IMG/VR virus record: IMGVR_UViG_3300027861_000021
Span: 2,242 to 66,241 of that record
DNA length: 64,000 bases
Strand: one strand, 5' to 3'
Origin: a virus
Lineage: Duplodnaviria > Caudoviricetes
The stretch's first letter is position 1. The number at the start of each line of letters is the position of its first letter. The notes below the pieces were generated by a model. The model was not told the DNA's origin, did not search any database, and was given only the letters and a program-made list of their open reading frames with translations. Positions 57,685 through 64,000 of the stretch are shown piece after piece. Position numbers and translations under genes: made by a program.

Positions 57685-57833
57685 AGTACCACCCTAATTC
57701 CTTGTTTCCACATTAATTCTGCAATCTTGATTTCTCTACGCCAGCTCTTAATTGCTGCTAGATAGTCACCTGTTGTTTTAAAGTCACCCCAATGATAAGG
57801 GTGGGCATACGGTTTGATCTTGTATAGATTCAT

Positions 57834-58187
57834 TTAAAAGTCCTCCATTAATTCATCTAGTGGGCGATACTCTTCGTCTGTGTCTTCTCTGTACTCTTCC
57901 AGTGCGGTCTCTGCATTCTCAGCAGCAGTGTCTAGAAAGTCATCGTCTTCTAAGAAAAGTGCATCAGTCTCAGACGGTGCCTCCGCTTCCTGTAGTTTAA
58001 GGTCGTGTTCCTTTTGAAGCTGTTTGATTGCTTCAAGTTGTTCAGGAGTAGCACTCCCAAGTTGGTCCATTAATTTACCCACTGGAAATACTGGGTCTGG
58101 GTCCACCTCCTTGTATACTGATACTTCTACTAGTTGTCCGTGTATTTCTTTCATCTCTGTTCCTATAAATAGTGGTTTACGTTTCAT
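57834..58187 (-). CDS. acidic hypothetical protein
   Basis: AGGAG RBS; Asp/Glu-rich C-terminus. Confidence 0.6.
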   Translation of the reverse strand: MKRKPLFIGTEMKEIHGQLVEVSVYKEVDPDPVFPVGKLMDQLGSATPEQLEAIKQLQKEHDLKLQEAEAPSETDALFLEDDDFLDTAAENAETALEEYREDTDEEYRPLDELMEDF

Positions 58188-58630
58188 CTTTTGGCTCCTA
58201 AATATGTTACTAAGTCTCTATGTGAGAAGCCAGCTACGCCATGATAGTAGTAAGCATTAACTATGAGGTCTCTCGCATAGAATGACCACTTGTTCCCAGC
58301 AGCATCCTCTACAAGAAACCCGCTCTTACCCACACCTACTACAACCGCTCTACCTCCGTCCCTCATTAAAAACGTATCACCTTCCTGCACCTCACTAAAA
58401 GGCGGCATTGATAGTTCCTCCGATTTCAACGGAACCTCTTGACGGTCTGGATCATAAAAGTCTAGTATTGCATAAGCTAACTTCACTGCCTCATCTGGTG
58501 TGTAGTCTGTATCTGAGAACTCCAAACCTCCATCATGGTGATTGATACCGACATCTTGGAACCCAATGAACTTGGGCAGCATGGCTTCTACCTCCTGTTT
58601 GGCCTTTAAGTATTCTCTGTATGTTTTCAT
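58184..58630 (-). CDS. hypothetical protein
   Basis: RDG..A.V..G..DLV module. Confidence 0.6.
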   Translation of the reverse strand: MKTYREYLKAKQEVEAMLPKFIGFQDVGINHHDGGLEFSDTDYTPDEAVKLAYAILDFYDPDRQEVPLKSEELSMPPFSEVQEGDTFLMRDGGRAVVVGVGKSGFLVEDAAGNKWSFYARDLIVNAYYYHGVAGFSHRDLVTYLGAKR

Positions 58631-58884
58631 TTCTTAAGTCCTTTCGTTATCTTCTTGTTGGCTGCATCTCTCATTTCAGCCAGTTTTCTCTTTGCTTCCT
58701 TACTAGCTGCTGTGGTATGGTCTGGACCCTCCCCACTAGCTACTACTGCTGTTGCTGCAACCTTACGTGCTGCCTCTGCGTCTTCAGGGTTATCATATCC
58801 ACAGTAAGAGAGTTGCCATTTAATGTCATACTCACCAGAACTGTCTTTAACTACTACCCACATTGCTTTTAATACGTCACCCAT
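58627..58884 (-). CDS. hypothetical protein
   Basis: Coupled ORF. Confidence 0.55.
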   Translation of the reverse strand: MGDVLKAMWVVVKDSSGEYDIKWQLSYCGYDNPEDAEAARKVAATAVVASGEGPDHTTAASKEAKRKLAEMRDAANKKITKGLKK

Positions 58885-59578
58885 TAGTCATTCTCCTTTT
58901 AACTATATTAATCCAAGCACCATAATCCTTAATTTCATCGGGACTGTAGTTATTCTTCTTACCAATCTCCTTGTAGTTTTCTACCCAATGGTTAATACTG
59001 TGGTGTTCACAACCAAGTTGGATACCTGCACTGGTTGCATACCCAATGTGTCTCCCTGCACTGAATGAAAGTATTCCAGAAGCACTGTATAAGTCAGCCT
59101 TTCTCAAGTTAGCACCACTCAAGTCAACACCACTCAAGTCAACACCATTCAAGTTAGCATCTCTTAAGTAAGCACTGTGTAAGTTAGCACCCTCCAAGTT
59201 AGCACCACTCAAGTCAGCACCTCTCAAGTCAACATCTCTCAAGTTAGCATCTCCCAAGTTAGCACCACTCAAGTCAGCATCTCTTAAGTTAGCATCTCTC
59301 AAGTTAGCATCCTCCAAGTTAGCACCACTCAAGTTAGCACCTCTCAAGTCAACATCTCTCAAGTTAGCATCCTCCAAGTTAGCACCACTCAAGTCAGCAC
59401 CTCTCAAGTAAGCATCTCTTAAGTTAGCATCTCCCAAGTCAACACCACTCAAGTCAACACCATTCAAGTTAGCACCTCTCAAGTCAACATCTCTCAAGTC
59501 AACACCTCTCAAGTAAGCACCTTCCAAGGTATCAATCTCAAGAAGTACCTCACCTGTAATCTTGTGTAGTATCTTCAT
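58877..59578 (-). CDS. pentapeptide-repeat protein, long copy
   Basis: Tandem (A/V)(N/D/Y)Lxx repeats encoded by a 15-bp array; C-terminal QLGC..W domain. Confidence 0.92.
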   Translation of the reverse strand: MKILHKITGEVLLEIDTLEGAYLRGVDLRDVDLRGANLNGVDLSGVDLGDANLRDAYLRGADLSGANLEDANLRDVDLRGANLSGANLEDANLRDANLRDADLSGANLGDANLRDVDLRGADLSGANLEGANLHSAYLRDANLNGVDLSGVDLSGANLRKADLYSASGILSFSAGRHIGYATSAGIQLGCEHHSINHWVENYKEIGKKNNYSPDEIKDYGAWINIVKRRMTNG

Positions 59579-59754
59579 TTAAGCAGTCTCCTATAAAGTT
59601 CTTCTGCAATTAATTTCTCGTCTTCAGTGTTAAGTGAAGCATTTACGGCTGCTGCTCTAAGAGCAAACATTACTTCCTTTTTATGGAAGGTCTCTTCTCT
59701 TAGCAGTACTACCGTATCCTCTACTCTCTTCTTTAATCCTTTACTTAGTGACAT
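59575..59754 (-). CDS. small hypothetical protein (59 aa, not in the ORF track)
   Basis: AAGGAGG RBS; ATGA overlap with the pentapeptide gene. Confidence 0.55.
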   Translation of the reverse strand: MSLSKGLKKRVEDTVVLLREETFHKKEVMFALRAAAVNASLNTEDEKLIAEELYRRLLK

Positions 59755-60024
59755 AACACCTCCTTGTTCCTATTTAGGCTCCTATTACCTGCTGTGGAGT
59801 ACATACCCCAACCAACGGGGATATGTATCTTGGTTAGTCCTATGTATTCTGGCATGTTAGCTCCTATGGTGTGTTGTTGAATTTTGCGGTTCTTTCAAAC
59901 TCTGCTATTGTGACAAGGAGACCCTGAGCCATTTCTATTGGGCAATATTGGTAAGTATCATCGAATGGGTCATACTCTTCAATTACTTTATTAAGTTCGG
60001 TCTTTAGGGTCTCTATCAAGGTCA

Positions 60025-60705
60025 TTACGCTACCACCTTCGATGCTGCCACAATGTCAGCCATCAAAGTCTTTTCAACTCTCTCTTGTGAGGCTAGTGTA
60101 CTCTTTGGAGCGGTTCTAGTGAACTCGTTTACAAAGTTGTAGAGTGAAAACAAGTTGTTATCTTGGTCATACGTTGGTCTAACTCGGTTATCCAGTACGG
60201 CTTGTAGAGATTTCTCTTTAACTGTCTTAGGAATCTTTAGTGAGTCAACAATTTGTAGCATCTGACTTCTAGTGACAGGTGTGTTCTGTAGGCTCTCAAG
60301 TAAAGGCATTAGCTCATCTTGTATGTACTCTAAGGTTGCCGCTACATAGTGTGGAATGTTGCGGATTGCTTCCTCGGTAGCGTTACCCTTAATATGGGTA
60401 ATAGCTTGTGAGAATAGGTCTGTGCCAACCGTACAACCATTTGAACAAATTAGTCGGCTAAATCCTACTTGGAATCGGGCCTTACTTTGTCCGTCATGTG
60501 AGTTGAAGAACTTGATATTCGGAATAATACCACCGAAGCCACTGTTTTGGTAGTCAAGCAGGTCAAATTGTACTAGTTCCTTGCCGTGGGTTAGTGGTTG
60601 CTTAGTGGTCCGAGCATCAATGCCTCGTGATCTAAGGTGGTCATTAATCTTACCTGTTAGCTCTGCTGTGTCAATTGCTCTGTACTTGTTTGATAAATTT
60701 CTCAT
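60025..60705 (-). CDS. DUF932/DUF945-like protein
   Basis: NSHDG..G..R.ICSNG..H; L..LYN..NE. Confidence 0.82.
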   Translation of the reverse strand: MRNLSNKYRAIDTAELTGKINDHLRSRGIDARTTKQPLTHGKELVQFDLLDYQNSGFGGIIPNIKFFNSHDGQSKARFQVGFSRLICSNGCTVGTDLFSQAITHIKGNATEEAIRNIPHYVAATLEYIQDELMPLLESLQNTPVTRSQMLQIVDSLKIPKTVKEKSLQAVLDNRVRPTYDQDNNLFSLYNFVNEFTRTAPKSTLASQERVEKTLMADIVAASKVVA

Positions 60706-60706
60706 G

Positions 60707-61072
60707 TTACTTTACCCCTTCAAGGTGTTTGGTTAGTACTTCGATTAATTTGCGTTGATGTCTTGGTTCTAGTGTTTGACAACCAACTATTACGTTGACT
60801 CTCCGTAGTAATACTTCGTAGTCAGGTACGGCTTCCCCTTTTTTGGCTAGTACTCTGGTTGGCACCCTTCCCTCATGTATGTCGTCCCAATAACTGTGGC
60901 CTTGTGACGTGCCACCCCAAGCCATTGTCAGATTAATTATGACTCCAAACTCCCGCTCACGGGCAATTACTTCAAATGGGTCGGACCGAGACGACTTCTT
61001 TTGTTCTGTGAGGTACTCTTCAAAGCTACTGCCCAACTCTTCTAGTTTGGCTGCAAATTCAGATACTTTCAT
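60707..61072 (-). CDS. hypothetical protein
   Basis: W..T.QGH.YW and VGCQ motifs. Confidence 0.6.
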   Translation of the reverse strand: MKVSEFAAKLEELGSSFEEYLTEQKKSSRSDPFEVIAREREFGVIINLTMAWGGTSQGHSYWDDIHEGRVPTRVLAKKGEAVPDYEVLLRRVNVIVGCQTLEPRHQRKLIEVLTKHLEGVK

Positions 61073-61647
61073 GCTGTTTCTCCTTTCAAGAGAGGGCGGG
61101 ACTTAATTTCTTCCCAGATTATTGCTTGGAACTCATGCGGTCTCATGTTTACTAACTTAGCTGCGGTCTGATATGCTTCTAGTAATTCTGCTCGTTCTAG
61201 TTTACGTAAGGACTTATCAGAGTCAAACCCTGCCGCCCTTATTCCCCACCTATCAAGTGTAACTGTACCAGCAGTGTAACAGTGGTAGATGTTGTTAAAG
61301 AATGCCTTTGTCTTTACTCCGTTTAACTCGGCCAGTACTTCCTTCTCTGTATTCCATTTGTGTAGTATTCGCCAAGCCTTTGCTTTCTGTGCTCCGTATG
61401 TACTTACTCGGCAAGAGCCACCTGTTGCTATAAAGTTATGAAGGTCAATACAATTACGTTCCCATTTATTACTAGGAGATAAGGCACTTAGTATTCCTAC
61501 TACCTTTACTAGTGGTAAACCTGTATTATTACTTATTTCTTTACACATCTTTCTAGCTTTCCGATACCAGAACTTACCTTCCTTTCTTCTGGCTGTTGGT
61601 ACATCACCGTATAACCCTAGTAGTCTACTTATTAGGTAATTTCTCAT
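61069..61647 (-). CDS. DUF7178-like protein
   Basis: WY..A, SALSP..W..N, G.KT..F..NI, VT.D.W, P..QA..W. Confidence 0.7.
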   Translation of the reverse strand: MRNYLISRLLGLYGDVPTARRKEGKFWYRKARKMCKEISNNTGLPLVKVVGILSALSPSNKWERNCIDLHNFIATGGSCRVSTYGAQKAKAWRILHKWNTEKEVLAELNGVKTKAFFNNIYHCYTAGTVTLDRWGIRAAGFDSDKSLRKLERAELLEAYQTAAKLVNMRPHEFQAIIWEEIKSRPLLKGETA

Positions 61648-61832
61648 ACTAATTTCTCCAGTGTGTCAATGAATCGTTGGATGTAGTCGTAGTTTGTGTT
61701 GTAATCTTCCTCATCTTGGTCATCTCTGTGCCTATTCTTGTACTGTAATTTGTGTAGTGTCTTTAGTTGAATGTCATTCGGTAATTGTGCAATTCCTTCA
61801 ATCATCTCTGTTGTGTAACTGTCTGCTTTCAT
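61644..61832 (-). CDS. hypothetical protein
   Basis: Coupled ORF. Confidence 0.5.
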   Translation of the reverse strand: MKADSYTTEMIEGIAQLPNDIQLKTLHKLQYKNRHRDDQDEEDYNTNYDYIQRFIDTLEKLV

Positions 61833-62074
61833 ACTACCGCCTTTCCTGACTTGTATTGGTTCATTGTTTTATCTGATTCCGGCCAATTACCTTGTAACTG
61901 TCCACAATGTCTACATGCTATGAATGATACGTAGTCATCACTCCCGCCTATCCACTCTTTTACGTATCCTACGTATTCCTTACCTGAGTTAAGGTTAAAT
62001 TGTATGAACCGATCACTACACTTGGCAGTGACTTTCACCATCTTTACCTTACCGTTGCATCTTTGACAATTCAT
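61829..62074 (-). CDS. zinc-binding hypothetical protein
   Basis: CQRC..KCSD..CRHCGQ.QG.WP. Confidence 0.65.
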   Translation of the reverse strand: MNCQRCNGKVKMVKVTAKCSDRFIQFNLNSGKEYVGYVKEWIGGSDDYVSFIACRHCGQLQGNWPESDKTMNQYKSGKAVV

Positions 62075-62364
62075 GCTTGTCTCCCTTCGAGAAGTTCTCT
62101 AAATGATTCGGTTAATGCGTCTTCACATGCTGTTATAAACTTTGGGTGTGCTAGGTCTGTAACTGGCTGTGATACTAATTTAAGAATATGTAAGTCAACC
62201 TCCATACCACATTCAAGGTCGCAGTAGCCACGTTTCTCGCCTCTGTTACCATCAGCGTCCTCTCCATAGTTCTCAATTCCGTAACTAAACTCTCCATTTA
62301 TAGTTACATCCCAATCAATGTCAGCAAATGAAATTGTTGTATCTAGTGTGTGTTGTTCGGTCAT
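62071..62364 (-). CDS. acidic hypothetical protein
   Basis: YG.DADGNRG motif; AGGAG RBS. Confidence 0.65.
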   Translation of the reverse strand: MTEQHTLDTTISFADIDWDVTINGEFSYGIENYGEDADGNRGEKRGYCDLECGMEVDLHILKLVSQPVTDLAHPKFITACEDALTESFRELLEGRQA

Positions 62365-62580
62365 TATTTTCTCCTATCCAGTATTATCTCGATTAGTATT
62401 AGTCCTACCAGTGTAGTAATTACAAAGTAGAACAATGTATATACAACACTCATCCTTCATGCTCCTTCTTTATTGTGATTGAAGACCTGTGAAAATTACT
62501 TCCGATTACCACTGACATAAAATACATTAGCCAAGAGAACTCCCAAAAGCTGAGAGTCTTCATCCATTCATACCATTCTG

Positions 62581-62898
62581 TCATACCAGTTCACCTACTC
62601 CCTTAGATGTTATAAATACTGCCTCTTGATCTAGTTCTCGCTTGATAAAGTCGGCTAGTACCAATAGTTTAACTCTCATTGTTGCTGTTTTAGCGTATAC
62701 TTCTACCACCGTTACAGGCTCGGTTGCCACGGTCCCTGTTGCCATCTCGTATGTTCCTGTTGCAGTGTACATTGTAGTACCTCCAGCTTCCTTTGTGAGT
62801 GCTTCAACTACATGGTTTAGGACCTGTGCTCGTAGTTCTTTAAATATCGGTGTACCGTTGCGTTTAAGGCTCGGTACGGTTATTGTGTATCGTTTCAA
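62581..62898 (-). CDS. DUF3574/PII-like fold small protein
   Basis: GG.T..A.G.Y..E..K..L.QEAV. Confidence 0.6.
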   Translation of the reverse strand: MKRYTITVPSLKRNGTPIFKELRAQVLNHVVEALTKEAGGTTMYTATGTYEMATGTVATEPVTVVEVYAKTATMRVKLLVLADFIKRELDQEAVFITSKGVGELV

Positions 62899-63023
62899 AG
62901 TTTACTCCAGTACGAGTATCCCCAAGGGTATTCGTGGAAATGTCTAGTTATTGTAACTGTATATCCAGTAACCGTTTTTACTACGGACCCTGCTTTTAAT
63001 CTAGTCTTACTAGTTACCCACAT

Positions 63024-63224
63024 TCAAAACACCTTTCCGTTAATTTCCATAAACTCGGCGAGTACCTCTGTATCAGAAGCATCCCACCCAAGAGAGGCTG
63101 CTTCACTAGCTACCTGCTCGGATGTCATGTCCTCTAATTGGATTTCAGCGTGATACAAAGCCGCAGGACTCGCTCCCATTGCTTTGTATTGCGCTAGTAT
63201 GTATTTAATTTGTAAGCCTCTCAT
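63024..63224 (-). CDS. hypothetical protein
   Basis: ATGA coupling. Confidence 0.5.
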   Translation of the reverse strand: MRGLQIKYILAQYKAMGASPAALYHAEIQLEDMTSEQVASEAASLGWDASDTEVLAEFMEINGKVF

Positions 63225-63310
63225 ATCTCACCTACCTTCTTTGTTGTGTAGTAGTTGTATTTCTTCATATACTTTAGTAACTTCTTTTCTGACATCATAC
63301 CGTCACCCAT
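63221..63310 (-). CDS. 29-aa mini-ORF duplicating the C-terminus of 63761..63988
   Basis: [29 protein letters not shown]; coupled at both ends. Confidence 0.5.
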   Translation of the reverse strand: MGDGMMSEKKLLKYMKKYNYYTTKKVGEI

Positions 63311-63847
63311 TAGTCATTCTCCTTTTAACTATATTAATCCAAGCACCATAATCCTTAATTTCATCGGGACTGTATCTATTCTTCTTACCAATCTCCTTGT
63401 AGTTTTCTACCCAATGGTTAATACTGTGCCATTCACAACCAAGTTGGATACCTGCACTGGTTGCATACCCAGTGTGTCTCCCTGCACTGAATGAAAGTAT
63501 TCCAGAAGCACCACTCAAGTCAACACCACTCAAGTCAGCACCTCTCAAGTAAGCATCTCTTAAGTTAGCACCGTGTAAGTTAGCACCACTCAAGTCAGCA
63601 CCACTCAAATCAACATCTCTCAAGTTAACATCTCCCAAGTTAACACCACTCAAATCAACATCTCCCAAATTAGCACCTCTCAAGTAAACACCCCCCAAGT
63701 AAGCACCTCTCAAGATATCAATCTCAAGAAGTACCTCACCTGTAATCTTATGTAATATCTTCATACTTCACCTACCTTCTTTGTTATGTAATAGTTATAT
63801 TTCTTCATATACTTTAATAACTTCTTTTCTGACATCATACCATCACC
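63228..63847. repeat. 80-bp direct repeats (63228-63307 and 63768-63847) flanking the short pentapeptide gene
   Basis: 540-bp offset; 5 mismatches, all G versus A. Confidence 0.95.
63303..63764 (-). CDS. pentapeptide-repeat protein, short copy
   Basis: Near-identical N- and C-termini to 58877..59578; 16 fewer repeats. Confidence 0.92.
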   Translation of the reverse strand: MKILHKITGEVLLEIDILRGAYLGGVYLRGANLGDVDLSGVNLGDVNLRDVDLSGADLSGANLHGANLRDAYLRGADLSGVDLSGASGILSFSAGRHTGYATSAGIQLGCEWHSINHWVENYKEIGKKNRYSPDEIKDYGAWINIVKRRMTNG

Positions 63848-63988
63848 AACTATCATGTAACTGGTAGTATTCATAAGACCATAATAACAATCCCAAGAAA
63901 CCACCGTTAGGCTATAGGTGAAGCCATAGAACTTGTTCTCCCTAAACACCTCCTGTCCGTGTGTTACCTTAGTTGTTAATGTTGCCAT
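63761..63988 (-). CDS. hypothetical protein
   Basis: GAGG RBS; ATGA overlap. Confidence 0.55.
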   Translation of the reverse strand: MATLTTKVTHGQEVFRENKFYGFTYSLTVVSWDCYYGLMNTTSYMIVGDGMMSEKKLLKYMKKYNYYITKKVGEV

Positions 63989-64000
63989 TGTCTAAACCTC

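Noticed and set aside
59081-59526. CRISPR-like periodic array
   Set aside because: Contiguous 15-bp coding units with no unique spacers and no cas operon
58877-63847. Diversity-generating retroelement suggested by near-identical repeats with A/G mismatches
   Set aside because: No reverse transcriptase is present, changes are only G/A rather than A-to-N, polarity indicates C-to-T on the coding strand, and the C-terminal codon differences do not fit adenine mutagenesis
1-64000. Prophage or lysogeny module
   Set aside because: No integrase, CI-like repressor, partition genes or host flanking genes were recognised

Overview
The window is most or all of a tailed dsDNA phage genome with a podovirus-like layout. 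The + strand arm (about 0.8-37.3 kb) carries a fibre/LamG module, large terminase, portal, scaffold, major capsid, three fibre genes, tail adaptor and nozzle, and several ejection-type proteins ending in a LysM/lysozyme-like giant. The - strand arm (37.4-64 kb) carries GroES, a DinG-like helicase, a RuvC-like nuclease, a primase-polymerase, family A DNA polymerase, a Sak-like annealing protein, a PD-(D/E)XK nuclease, several HNH endonucleases and many small early genes. I recognised no integrase, tRNA, CRISPR array, reverse transcriptase or endolysin. Main points: (1) counter-defence candidates, namely a Tad1-like sponge coupled to a metallophosphoesterase and a PQ-loop-like transporter, a TacA/DUF1778 antitoxin-like fragment with no toxin, and two pentapeptide-repeat paralogues; (2) one pentapeptide copy sits between 80-bp direct repeats and carries a one-strand C-to-T mutation tract; (3) a family of HNH genes whose C-terminal codons supply the ribosome-binding site and start codon of the next gene; (4) six perfect sigma70 promoters, four with an IHF-like site at a fixed offset; (5) apparent genome-wide CCWGG avoidance; (6) an exported ClpP-like protease. 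All family calls come from motif recognition by eye, not from database searches.
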